This document shows, one piece after another, positions 12,045 through 25,772 of a DNA stretch of 64,000 nt. Position 1 is the first letter of the stretch, and every line of letters starts with the position of its first letter. Both the position numbers and the translations under genes were made by a program. The notes below the pieces were generated by a model. That model had not been told where the DNA came from, ran no database searches, and saw only the letters and a program-made list of their open reading frames with translations. The stretch comes from Epiperipatus broadwayi (lineage: Eukaryota > Animalia > Onychophora): contig JAQFVV010000005.1 of assembly GCA_028023455.1 (NCBI GenBank), forward strand, positions 7,998,001-8,062,000, written 5' to 3'.

Positions 12045-13579
12045 GATGTCAACTCATAAGGCCAATGGACTGACTAGAAGATACCCAAGGATTTGAAATT
12101 GGAAAATGACCTTGGATGACCATGACTGTTATGGTAACAATTTCAATTTTTTTCTTCTCTTCAGTATTAACATTTATATAGTACTCAATAACTGTCTTCA
12201 TAACATATAGCAATGAAGTAGAAATATTTATGAAGTCTTTGAAGGTTAATGGAGATAGGTAGGCCTGAGTTTATGTACATTCAAAATAGAAATTGACAAC
12301 CCAAGTTGTTCTATTGCCACCTCATAACCCAAAATAGAATGTTTTTTTCTCTTATTCTAACTGGGGAATATGAAGTGATAAATCTGTGATCCAGATTTAT
12401 GCTTCACTGCTTAATGATATTACTAACCACCAAGTACGCTTCAAACCAATCCATTTACATGCTTGGGTAATATACAGATTCTGCCAGCACATCCACGTAA
12501 CTCTTCCCAACCTCTAATAATAATTTTAATGTATTTTAAATATAAACTTTATATAAGTAATTATAACTTAAATCCTTTCAATAATCAAGGGTCATGTAGG
12601 TGCATTTCATATATATAGTGGATACATATATACTACATAAATATTAATGTTATATTTTAATATTTTATTTCTTTACAATATTTATTTAATAAAAAATGTT
12701 TGTAGAAGCTGATGCAATATTTAAGAAGGTTCTAGAAGATAATTAGAGAATGTAAGCTTTAGTAAACAATAGAGCAATCCATTAGTATGATTTAACAAAA
12801 TCGCTCTATTCAATTAATTTTAGTTATAAATAGTTAATGGAGACTATATTTATTTGAATCTGTTTCTAAAACTAGAAATAGATTCAAACAGTACCTTTGA
12901 GGATTTATCAATAAATTGTATCTTCTGTTATATATAGACAAAGGCACATTTCCTGCTGATAGAGATCACATGAGGTAAGTTGTTATCTGCATTGCCACAA
13001 ATGATTTTCTAACAGCATTTCTAGTATTGTGTAAATGAGTATAAATGAGGCTAAATTTAATACAGATGATCAATAACATTATTTTTTAAATGCAGGAGCT
13101 CACTGAATCCACGCTACTCAAATTTCAATATTGTGATAGTTGAGTAGAGGGACAGAGTTCACCTTTTCCTGATCTTTTCAAAATCATCTCCATGCCATGA
13201 TGCCATACTCTAATCACAAACTGATGGACTGCCTGTAATGCAACTGAAAGTGATCTAGGAACAAAATGCTATCTCCAAAGTAGTGAAATAAAGATTACCC
13301 ATGCTTTGAGATGAAATGCCTTGCAAGAATATGGATCTCGAGCCATCATCAGAACGTAACCGTTGAATATCACTTGAGAGATTTACTAACTTTATTTAAT
13401 TTTGTATAAGCTCTATTTAACTTCATTAATGTAATTTTGTCTCTATAATACACTGCTGATATAATACCAGTCATATTTATTTATATTTAATTTCTCATTT
13501 ATGACTCTTTATAACTCTATAAAATCTACCTGTAACCTTTCATTTCCATTTCACCCTTTATTTTCATTCTATATTTTAG

Positions 13580-14702
13580 TAGGTAAATTTCCTTAATTGT
13601 TATTATTTTATGTTTATGTATTTTAATTTGAATTGTAATTAATATGCCAATCTAACCCAACCTCGATAGCTGAGAGCTGAAGGCTTTTAAGCTTTCATAA
13701 TTAATTCAATAAAATTTATTGTAATTCATTAGATCAAACATTTTAAACACAACTATTGCTTAGAAATTTAATTAACTACAAGTCCCATGGAATAGCATTT
13801 TTATACAGCTACCCCTTCACATTTTAACTATTTGAGATAACTAATCGTGAATTAAATGATATTATCTACATTTCATATTAATTAGAGTAGATTTCTATTT
13901 GCTTTTAAAAAAATTATGAAAAAAAGAAAAACTGGATTGAAAATATTTAGAAACACAATGATAAAAGATAGACTGGAAGACATTGTAGATAGAGTGAGGA
14001 AAATAAATCAAAGAAAATGAATAATTTTAAAGAAAAAATATCTTATGGCTGTTAAATGCGGGATATACTTTTATAGATTATACAATATTGCAGCAGGGTG
14101 ATATGAAAGGCCGATTTAAAGTTTGTGGATGGCAAATCAAAGAGTTACACAAATATGTATTTTGATGGATTTACCAGTAAAAAATTAAAAAATCTTAAAT
14201 AATTGAAAAACAAGACAGAAAACAATTATAAAAGAAATGTAATAACAACAAATTATTTAGTTAAATAAAAAATATCAAAATATTAATACTCCATATGGAA
14301 TAAATTTATAAAACAAATTAAAGACAATTTCTGTACGATGTCAGTGATCCTAAAATTACACTATTGCATATTTTAGAACCATAACAAAGCAAAAGAAGAT
14401 AATTGTTGATTATTTATCTCGGACAAAGAACTTAATATATATACACACACATCCACGCACACAGAAACACACAGAATAACTAAACGTTAACTATGAACAT
14501 ATTCTACATTTTTAGTTTTTCATTTTCCAATAATAAAAAAACATACTAACAAATTATCTTCCATTTCTAGAATTTTTTACATAAATACATTTAAAAAAAA
14601 GTAGTTACTTTTTTAATAGGTAAATTTCCTTAATTGTTATTATTTTATGTTTATGTATTTTAATCTGAATTGTAATTAATATGCCAATCTAACCCAACCT
14701 CG
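13580..14702 (+). repeat. 86-bp direct repeat (13580-13665 and 14617-14702)
   Basis: TAGGTAAATTTCC...CTAACCCAACCTCG occurs twice with one mismatch. Confidence 0.8.
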
Positions 14703-17363
14703 TTAGCATGTTTACAAGTATTAGAAATCCCATTAAACCAGAAATGTTTAATTAATTTAAGTCATTTATTATAAGTGCACTCGCTCACTTGGTTGCATAA
14801 TGATTAAATAATGCTACATGTTTAAGGGCAGATTGTTATAATACGGCTATATTTATTAGTAATATTGATTCACTGTTAGTATAAATGCTATTAATAAATT
14901 TCTACTTGTAATATTTAAAATAATATTGATGACCATCACTTCTATTATTAGAATAAAACAACCATTGATTTACAGTGCCTTTGAGTATGATATTATTGAA
15001 TATTGTTTTATTTATTTCAAATTCATATGGGATCTGCTTAATGAAGGAATAATATATTTCATTTTATTATTATGACATTCACTTAGTTATTTAAATAATA
15101 GTTATTTTATAGTTGGTTTAATATATAAATCATGTCATTATGCTTGATCTTAATTTATATTTAGGCTTTAGTATTTAAACATAATTAGAAATGTACATAT
15201 TTTATTCTCAGCATTGCTAGCATAGGTGAGTCATCATAATTATATTTTGCTTTATCATTTTGGATTGTTGGAAACTCCGAGTTCCAAAAGGGTGTTGGTC
15301 TCACTGTAGAACTTTTGGATTGAGTAGTGAATGCTCTGGGTGGGATGACCCCAGGACAGCCAGCCCATCATATCTTCTTACTTTCCACCTCTCCAGGTAT
15401 CACTCTGCCACACGAGTGGACATACTTTCTACTTTTATTAAATAATGAAGCATCTCATTGGCTAAAAATGAGCCAAACTTTTATTACTGCCACCATACAT
15501 GCTAGCACCACCATTTATTAATATTTTATATTCATGCCTAAGCAATGTCTATAAGTCATACTGCTGTGATAAGACTAAACCTTTTTGTTACTCGTTAATT
15601 TATTGTATTTATAAATGTCAAGAGAAAGCTTGCATTTAAACTATTTACCCTTTAAGTTTACAATTCCCAGATGCATTAATAATTTGTTTTCTTATTTATG
15701 ATTTTAAATCCAACAATTTGATGCACAAAGTCTTGTTATATTAAATACACAACAACTGCATATTCATTTCATTTTATTGTAAACAATATTGCTGTCTTTT
15801 GTTCCCTAGAATTAACAAATTTCAGAAAGGGTATCGATTGTATTATAGCTATATGTATATGTTTCACAAATGATTGAAGTGGAATTGATCATATCATGAT
15901 TATATATACATATTGTAGCCCTTGGATTTGTCCAAGACTCCATTTTTTTAAAGTTAACTATGAAAGAGAAGATTCAATCAAAATTTTCCTCATAATGTAT
16001 GTATTTTTTCCCCCTTTAATAAGAAAATTTTTAGCCAAGACCAAGTTCGAACCCATATTTATAAGGATTGCATGTGTTTGACTTGGTAAACAATCTGAAA
16101 ATTTATTATTAATATGTTTATAACCAAAAAATTATTTTAGTTTGATTTATGGGTCAAGTTAATATTAAGAACATATTTAGAAAAGCAAAATTTATACATT
16201 TGTTGAGAAGTTGACTGAGAAAAGAGAGGAGATGTGTGACTCTTAAAACTGTGTTAGAGAGTGATGATGAATGGTCATTATTTTATACTAAGTTAGAAAT
16301 AAATAGTTCATGAAAGTAAATGAAAAAATAATAATAATATAGGTATAATAATTGGGGATTATAATTAAGGATTAAAGTATTAAAGGTTAATTCAAAAATT
16401 ATATACCTGCGATGTGTGTGTATATAATCTAATTGTGGATCTTAATTGTAAAATTCACAATTAATAATCATTCCTTGTCATGTTGTAAAGCAATCTTTAA
16501 ATAAAAAATTAAATCATTTTAATAAGTTTAATATTAGCAGCCAAATTTAATTTAAAGGTCTGGGTTTGAAATTGGACTGCAAATATATATTTTGTTTTAT
16601 TATTTAATGGAAAAAAGTAAAAGGGGGGATAAGATAACTGTCTGTTGTTTACTTTTAGTGTAGGTTTCAAGCACATTATATCAAAAAGTAATTATCAGAG
16701 TCTTTAAATGATATCAGTCTCACCAAGGAATTTAAGTGTGTAATTAACTATGATAGTCTGTGAAATGTCAAAAATTAATTGGCAATTATAGCTGTTGAAT
16801 TGTAAAATTAATTGTGGTCATCTGTTAAAATACAGATGTGAAGTGGGCCTGGTTTTCTAAAAGAGCAAAAAGGTTAAAAATTAACTAGAGAAAAGGGGAA
16901 CAAGTCAATTAATTAAGAAAGAGAAGGGCCAGATGGCCGGACATTTCTCTATAAAATCTCTGTGTTAGCAGAGGGAGGGGCCTTTATATTTGAAACTTTC
17001 TTTTTGCAAGTTTTTCTTTTTGACTTAGAGAGAAACAGTGTTATAAAATTTTAAAATCATTTTTTGTTACTTTTTGTCTCTTAAGAATAACTTGGCTAAA
17101 TCTAACATTGTCTTAGGAAAAGACAATGTGTAGTGAATAAATTTTAAGTGGGCACACATTTTTAACCTCCAGAGGTTAACTGATAGTCATCACTGGATCA
17201 ACAAATGGTAATAAAAATTTAAACCACCGAAATTAAACTTTGAGTTTGATATTGTTTATATATGCAACCAATTTAAATATAAAATGAATCTAAAGACAGA
17301 AAAAGATGACCAGAAAAGGACTTATATTGTGAAAAAGTTAAACAAATGCTATTTAACTTTAAT

Positions 17364-17460
17364 CTGCATAAAATTAAAAAGTTTAATGGTATTCTGCATA
17401 AAATTAAAAAGTTTAACTGTATTCTGCAAAAAATTAAAAAGTTTAACTGTATTCTGCATA
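17364..17460 (+). repeat. 30-bp minisatellite, about 3.2 copies
   Basis: CTGCATAAAATTAAAAAGTTTAA(TG/CT)GTATT units start at 17364, 17394, 17424 and 17454. Confidence 0.9.
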
Positions 17461-20400
17461 GAATTGGAAATGAGGAACGCAGTTCAGCAAAATAAAATTT
17501 GCATATCTGATGGGAGAGGAATCAAACCCCATCCAAAGAACTTTTTGATACAAAGACTTATGTGCTCTTATAAACCGATCAAGGAGGAATGGAAAAGGGA
17601 AAAATGGAAACTAGGAACTTGGAGGACACTTCCAAAGAACTTTATATAAGTATAATTTTTTTTATTATTCGCTTTTTATGTGTGTAGAACATTTACTTTA
17701 AAAAAAAAAGAATTTCTTTCTTTGTAGTGTATCATGTATATCATCTATTTAAAAATTAATTCATGTTATAATTACAATTGTATTATTTTGGGGGTAGAGA
17801 TATGGATATTAGATAATTTTGAATGTGTTTATTTTTAAATGCTTTTGCTATTATTGTCATTTTGGGGGTAGGTGAAATTGATATCATGTCGTTCTGATAT
17901 GCCTTATTTAAAATGCTTTACAAACAATTTTTTTAAAAAAAAAAAAACACTTAGAGATATTATTATTGGTATCAGAAGTTATTGTCAAATGCTTAGACTT
18001 ATAAATAAAATTGTGTGTCTATTGAGCTATAACATCATCATTTTCTTATAAAAGTGCATGGAAATAGTTTTGAGAATTTTATACGCATTTCTTATTATTT
18101 ATTATTATTGTTATCATAGATTTAAGGCCAGAAACAAGCTGATTTATGCTTGGAAAAATTATGGGCTCATGTTCCAGTGCACTAGTTTGCAAGAATATTA
18201 AAGAGATGAAAGTTTTACTTGTATAATTTGATGTTTCAACCTGTATGTGTGTGGATAGACAAAGATCTCCACAAAGCCAGTGAAGTCTAGCTCACTAAGA
18301 TATGTATGCTATATTCATAAAGTATTTGAACCTAGTGGAAGAGTTTTCCCACTTGAGTATTCTCTACACCGTAAGAAGGTTTCTTATTTTGATGGCCAGA
18401 GGTAATTGGTATACCTATGTTTTTGTATGACTAGCGATAAAAATCCTAGCATATCTCAACCTTAGTGAAAAGGTTCTCTCTTATTCGGGTCACTGCCTGC
18501 CTCATATTAATGTTTGATATTCCTTAAGAGTGTATGAGAAATAGCCATGATAAGCATTATTATAAGTGTCGATACAAGGTCGCAAACTCAATTTAATGTC
18601 AGAATGAATGCAGATAATGTATGTGCGATTGGTGTATTTGAATATTGTTTTGTAGATTTAATTTATCATTCAAGCCAAAAATAATAAAGTTGATAAATGT
18701 GAAATTAAGGGTTAAATAAAACTTACGAATGTTTAAGCGTAGGCTTAAGCAATGCGTATATAAATATTATTTAATAAATATTTACATAGCCAGCTGAGAA
18801 CTTCGCTGGAAAGGTAATATTGTTAAAATATTATTATGTCATAAGAACATGAGCATAGAGTGTGTGCACTATGATGATGATTGATATAGATGCCGATTTA
18901 TTTGCAATGACTTAGTCTCACTATTCTTAAGATATCTCTGTTGTAAAGATTAGGGCAAAAGAATGTTCAACCAGAATGATAGGATAAGATTAAGAAATTT
19001 GCGAAGGAATATTAATTTTAAATTCGTTAAATAAAATTATTAAATTTAATTAGGGGAGAAATTAGCTCTAAAACAAATCAGTAATAAAAGAGAAAGCATT
19101 GAACACAGGAAGAAATTGGTATTCACTATATTTAAGATAAAATGAAAGCGTAAATATAATGTATATGTTTTTGTATTGAATTGTAGTTTGTCAAATAAAA
19201 TTTGTTATTTGTTTTAAATAAAATTTGCGTATGTCTCAATGTTTTTGTGGGTTATTATTATCTAGATATTTCCAATCCAATCATACATCAATATATTATT
19301 ATTAATATTTGAATTATCATGTACGTAACTAATATTCAGTAAAATTATTAATTTCAGATACTTAAAAGTACCAAATAATTTAATATTATTGAAGTATAGA
19401 CTGTGAATAGAGATAGTTATTGAGTGATAGCGAGTGCAGTGGGGTGGGCATAAAATCCTTTCTCCATCCGTTGTATTCAAACCCTCTCTAGACGCACTTC
19501 TTTATAATTTTGTTATAATAGTGAATAGGTTTATGATGTGTTTCTATAAAAAAATTTAATAAGCTTAAATTATTCCGAGCTTTAACGTCAATAGATATTA
19601 ACTGCATTAAAGACAACCAAGATCACCTTGGAGGCGATCATGAGATGAGTGTTTATCACCAATAATCTATCGCAGCTTATTCGATTTCCACACCTAATTA
19701 TTCTAAAAACCCTGAGAAGAGATTATAAGGGCAAATGAGCTAGCAAAATGTAAATTTTAATAGTCTAATAAATAATAGTGTAATAGACATATGGATGTGA
19801 AGTTGATGAGTAGTGGATCAGGAGGGTGGAGATGGATATGGAACTTTATAATTAGAATAAAATTTAATTGTAGCTTTAACCATAGTGAATGGGGAGTGCG
19901 CTGAGAATAACCAAGAATTTCCAAAGATATTAATATTATAGATTTTAATGCATTTTCGGTGTTCTCTAAATCGATTATGTATTAACCCACTCATGAAATA
20001 TTATTACTAAGAGTATTGAATTGAGATTTAACCGTTATATTTTATGAAAGTTGCAATTTGACGCCCTGGCAATTAAAATTATAGAGGCATCCATCATCAT
20101 CATCATCCCAGTAGGTTTGAGCAATAGTGTTAGCTGGGAATGATGAAGCGTCCATCGATCCATCATTAAAATGTTATAATTGGCATGCAATTTAACTGCA
20201 AGTGTTTAAATGCCATATAGATTTAAATATAGTATAATCAATCCATAACGTGGATGTGCGGCCATTTGAATAAAAAATTCTCATTGGTTAGAATAAAGTT
20301 AGAACGAGCTTAAGCTATCCAATAATATATGTGATAGTTGTAAACTCTCCCAATCATTTTAATTCTATTTGAAACACAATGTGGATGACCGATCGAGAGA

Positions 20401-20736
20401 TTGCAAAATGCATTTCATGTTTATTTAATAAGTTTTTATAAAGTTAATAAAATAAAGAATAACTTGTCATTTGTTAGAATTGATTTGTATTTAGTTACAA
20501 TTGGCTTGTAACGCGGTCGCACGAAGGAGATTATGCATTGTACTCGAGAAATTATTATATTTAATTTATATGTATGAAATATATTAATCTATACATCGCA
20601 TATTTAATTGATACTTAGAAAATATTTAATTTATACAATGATAAGTCCGATAGTTAGAAAATTCGTTAGTTAGATTTGGCTACAACTTGGACGCTTATAA
20701 ACAGCAAGCCCCTTGGCGAAAATCTTGTTAGAATAT

Positions 20737-21533
20737 ATATATATTAATTTGATTATAGTTGCAGACCACAAAGTGACTGATTATTAAATACATTTCATGA
20801 AGTTCGTTAATAATTTATTTTTTCGATTCTAAATAGTGTTCCTATGCTTAAATTATTATGTGAAAGATTATTTAATTATCATTGGCGTATTTAAAATCAC
20901 ACTATATAAATTGTACACTTATATATGTGTACTCATTGTGCAATAACATTATATCTTTTATGATATTTCTATAATGATGACTAATAGAACCATAAGTAAT
21001 AATTTAGCACACATTGCTTGAAATCTGCAAATATACCACATCTGCATGACAATTATGTTAATGTATATTTATTAAATATTTATATCAAATTATTCCCTAG
21101 TTTGAATCTTTACTAATTTAATTCTTAGTTTTGTTTATAATATTTCATATTTGAGAATTTATTGTGCTGGGTTACCTGAAATCATACTCATTACCATTTA
21201 GATCCATTGTATTAGAACTTTGCATCCTTTCACTTCATCATTAAATAATTCACTTATCTTTTAGCCTTATTTGATTGTTAGCCTATGACATTTTTTCTTT
21301 GTCAAGTTAGTTAATTATTATCACTCTTAAGATATTATGCTTCTCTACTGTGTCTCTGGAACTGGAATAAATTGAATTTGTCTGTATCACTGGATATGTT
21401 ATTTATAGTGTTATAGATTTGGAGAATGGGCAAATAGGTTAGAATTCATGTGTGTCTCAGGCATGTCTGGTTGAGGTACTTTTGCTCAGATTCTAGGTCT
21501 TGTTGAATGAACATACACATCTAACCAGTACAG
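20737..21533. repeat. Diverged repeat or duplicated segment, copy 2 (matches 7305-7991, with an extra internal insertion)
   Basis: Collinear similarity to 7305-7991. Confidence 0.8.
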
Positions 21534-23127
21534 AAACATGTTTTTATCTATTAACAAATAGACCTTTCTCAAGTGAAAATCAAACTAAAGAAACAACATA
21601 TATATTTACAAAAAAACAAACCTTCCCATAATTCATTTCAAAAACCAACTTCCCTCTATGCCATTGCTAATTCAAATACATTTCAGAATAATATCACACA
21701 TACAAAAAAAGCTACTTTCTCTCAATTTTCTTTAAATTGTAATAAAAAGAGTCACTAAATTACTCTTCATGTCTATTTGCTTGATCTGGGATATCTATTA
21801 TTCTATATTTATTCTAACAGTCAAAATTAAATTCATATTAAGTCATATACTATAATATAGTTTTTCTATGTATATAAAAATATATATCTCTTATTTATGA
21901 AATTATTTTCTAAAACATTTTGCTTACATAATCATTTCTAATAGAAATAATATGAGTAAAAGTAGACATCTAAAGTAGACATCTAAACTCAATGGTTACA
22001 AAAATTATTTATTACATAAAGAAAATAAAATATTATCATTTATGTAATTAGATGTTAATATATATGAGCATGATAATAACATATTAGAATTAACAAATAA
22101 TAATTTAAAATTATTACTAATGTATGTTAAAAACAAGTTATACCATTTTTAATTACAATTATATATTATTCTTTTATTTTTTTTAATTTATTTTTTAGTC
22201 ATTATTAGAAAATGTTTAGTGCTTTTAGTTAAATAATCAATAAATGTCCCTTTTAAAATAATTATCTTATAGGTTATCTTAACAGAAACTATTAATATGA
22301 TTTTATATTTGAAAAGATAATAGTTTTATAAATATTATTCTTTCAGGGTAAAAATATTTGTAGTAGAATCCAATATTTGAGAATTTTATAAAATTTTTGT
22401 TCATGTGCATTAAGAGATAATGCCATGAATGGTTTAGGGAAATGAGAATTTCTGAATCTATTGTCTTTGGAACTTTAGGAAACAACTATTTCTTCCCAAA
22501 GCATTCACAAATGCTTGAAAAAATCTTTAGCTTTTATTGTTAAAATAAAAAGAAATAACAAATGAATAGCAAAAACAAACCTAAGATCTTTTTATAAAAC
22601 ATACCTTTTATAGTCCATTTTTTTCTTTACAATTAAACAAAATTAAAATACTTTGTTCTAAAATGTTTATTTATTATTTGATATTTCTGAGAGGAAGTAT
22701 ATTATACTTTCTGCTGATAACATAAAGCCAAAGTTATGACAAAATGTTTCTGAATAAATTTTTGAAACTAATAGCATATGAAAATAAAATTAAAATTATT
22801 ACAGTTCCAATACTTTATAAGAGGAATAATTATTTTTAGTGATAATTTTAACTCCATTTTACGAGATTAAAATTATACTTTTACACAATTAAGGAATACT
22901 CTTATAATATGTGATGTATTTTAAATATTATGATCTACCCATAATATGTCATTATAAATTAGCAATGAAAAAATTAATCTGTAAAAAATTAAAATATTTT
23001 TTAAAATGTTGCTAAATTATAAAAGGTAGAATATACACATTTGAGTGACAGTAATATAGATGTTAAATGTAATGTATTATTCTGTAAAAAAATTAAGTAA
23101 ATAAATATGTTCTTATTACAAATTTCG

Positions 23128-23461
23128 GTAGTTTTTGTTTAACTGTATTTGGCCACCAGGTGATGCTGCAGAACCTTCAAGAAGCCTGCAAGTGATAAAT
23201 TTCTATTCAGAAATGGCTCAAATCGTTGATGGACAAAAAAAAAAACCCGCTAAAATCATCGATAGAAAAAAATAAAAATTAAAAATTACTCAAATCGTTG
23301 ATGGACAAACAAAAAATAAAAATGCTAAAATCATTGACGGGGAAAAAATAAAAATTAAAAAACTATTTCAGTCATTTTTGAATAGAAATTTATCACTTGC
23401 AGGCTTTTTGGAGGTTCTGCAGCATCACCCGGTGGACAGGGTACAGCTAACCGAAAACTAC
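23128..23461. mobile_element. MITE/foldback element with ~90-bp imperfect terminal inverted repeats and an internal ~70-bp tandem duplication
   Basis: GGTGATGCTGCAGAACC...GCCTGCAAGTGATAAATTTCTATTCA on the left is the reverse complement of the right end. Confidence 0.8.
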
Positions 23462-24899
23462 TCTTTTCTTATAGATATACTAAGATTAGAAGTCATAGAG
23501 GCACAGTAGTTATTTACCTGAGTAAGTCCATACCTAAATAGAGCCGAATGTGAATTCTTCCTGAGATCAAATACTGAGTCCCAATGGAGTCAGAAAGTGG
23601 GATGAGATGAGGATTAACTAGCCCAAATTATAACTAGATTTAAAATGTAAACATGAGCTAGCCCATTGGAAATAGATGTGATCTGAGGTTAAGTATCTCA
23701 TCACATCTTTTCCAGCATCCTACCTGAAGATCCTAGGTATGACCATAGTTGATTCCTTTTCACCTTTTTCATGAGAATGACCAGTCTGTCACAATATATT
23801 AAAGCAAATATGGGTGTGTACATATATTTGCATCTTTTGTAAGTGATAAATTTGGTTAGAAGCTTATCTATTGTGTGTATTTGGACATAAGTGGAGCCAC
23901 ACATTTAAACATATAATAAATTCACTTCATTTTAATTTTGGTTATTTTATTTTAGTTCTACATTAAGTAAACATTGAACTATGTTTAATTTAAAATTTAT
24001 GTATTAAATGTGTTTAATAGATAATAATTAAAATTGGATATGTTTAAATATATTTTTTAAAAAAGGAAAGAAACCATTTTAAAATAATTGTAAATTGATT
24101 TTTATGTTTTATTAAAAGAAAACCTCTTTTTTATAATTTTAAACTAAAAGTTTTTAATTTTGTTAGCAGATTATTTACTTTTGTGTTAATTTTGCTATCC
24201 TTACTATGTTTTAATTTTGTAAAAATATGTACAAAACTAATCCAGCATAGTTATTGAAGCAATAAGTGAACAACAGGTGTCTAAAAGAATTAATTCATTA
24301 AGGGGGAGATATATTTTAGTAAAGATAAGTAATTACAATAGACAGTAGATAAACTAATTACATGTCATTATCAGCAAAATTTTAATTGGATTTCCTCAAA
24401 ATTTTGATTATTTTTTTTAAAAAAACTTTTAATTGAAGAATCTTCTGTTAGCTTTGTTTAAATCTAATATAAAAACCCAATGCTGCTAGAAGCTATTCTT
24501 GGTAGGCCAGAAAAAACAATGCATAGAATAGTGAAATAAAACCATTGATCTTTCGTATCAGTTGTTTACCAAGCGTGTTCTGGTACTTTCAGCATGAAGT
24601 CTTTCCAATTATTATTATTAAGAAACCAGTCATTTACCTATCATTTAAAAAACTTTTTGCTTTTGTAATGTAAAATAAATATTATCTACTCATTATAATC
24701 TTAACAAAAGAATCTAGAAAGAATATGATGATCCAGAAATATTTTTGCCACAACGTAAGTTTTCCTTATTGTTAACTAAATTAATAGACATCAAATAATT
24801 AATAAACTCTGAAATTCCACCTGTAAAATAAAGTACTTTAAAAATATGTTGAGAAGTGAATTAAAAATGCACTGCAAATAAAATCGTTTTGTAATTGAA

Positions 24900-25048
24900 G
24901 GATGTCCTAAAGAAATCCTAAAATAGAGAATAAACTTTAGAAGCTGCATGACCCAATCATAAAAGAAGGTCCTGTTTTTAAAATGGATGTCCTAAAGAAA
25001 TCCTAAAATAGAGAATAAACTTTAGAAGCTGCATGACCCAATCATAAA
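24900..25048 (+). repeat. 64-bp direct duplication with a 21-bp spacer
   Basis: GGATGTCCTAAAG...CCCAATCATAAA at 24900-24963 and 24985-25048. Confidence 0.9.
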
Positions 25049-25310
25049 CACAACTATGTTTAAACCTGATTTCCGAATGTGATTGATCATTTTGAATTAT
25101 CACCATGATAAAATGTCATTAAATAATATATATATATATATATAGAGAGAGAGACTATAAATAGTCAAAATAAGAGTCATAGATCACATGACCCTATCTC
25201 TTAAGTTTGTAAGTTATAAGCAATGAGGATTGCCAATTCCTCTACAAGCTTTGTGATAAATGCTTAGCCAGAGCCAGCACTTAAAATATCTCTTAGGAAC
25301 CCCTCCCCAA

Positions 25311-25353
25311 ACCCCTGATCATGGTTTCGTGCTTTGGCACTTCTCAGAGAGGT
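25311..25353 (-). ncRNA. Type I hammerhead ribozyme, family A copy 1 (core variant CUGAGAA)
   Basis: ACCTCT-CTGAGAA-GTGC caaa GCAC-GAAA-CCATG-ATC-AGGGGT. Confidence 0.7.
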
Positions 25354-25729
25354 GTCAGGATAGGTTCAGACACTGATCTAAAAATACCAACCCAAAGCCA
25401 AGCACTTATATAAAAGTTATCTATTGAGTGGAAAATCTGAAATTTTCAGACATCTACATGTCTTCAAACCCAGCTATCCAACTCAAATAGCTATATGGTG
25501 TTGATAGATCTTCAGCCATACCATATATTAGTAGTTTTAGCAATATAAATTTGCATAAGGCTTATGGCAGAGACTATAAATAGTCGAAATAAGACTCATA
25601 GATCACATGATCCTATCTCTTAAGCTTGTAAGTTATTAACAATGAGGATTGCCAATTCCTCTACAAGCTTTGTGATAAATGCTTAGCCAGATCCAGCACT
25701 TAAAATATCTGTCAGGAACCCCTCCCCAA

Positions 25730-25772
25730 ACCCCTGACCATGGTTTCATGCTTTGCCACTCCTCAGAGAGGT
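25730..25772 (-). ncRNA. Type I hammerhead ribozyme, family A copy 2 (canonical core)
   Basis: ACCTCT-CTGAGGA-GTG gcaaag CAT-GAAA-CCATG-GTC-AGGGGT: 6-bp stem I, palindromic ACCATGGT helix III and GUC triplet. Confidence 0.8.

Noticed and set aside
17967-17979. TGGTATCAGAAGT resembling a tRNA-Met PBS
   Set aside because: It is not preceded by an LTR-like CA end, and no matching second LTR was found. The 15914-20732 block could not be resolved into defined elements.
20099-20148. Hairpin CATCATCCCAG...CTGGGAATGATG as a possible pre-miRNA
   Set aside because: The stem is short and partly microsatellite, which is insufficient evidence.
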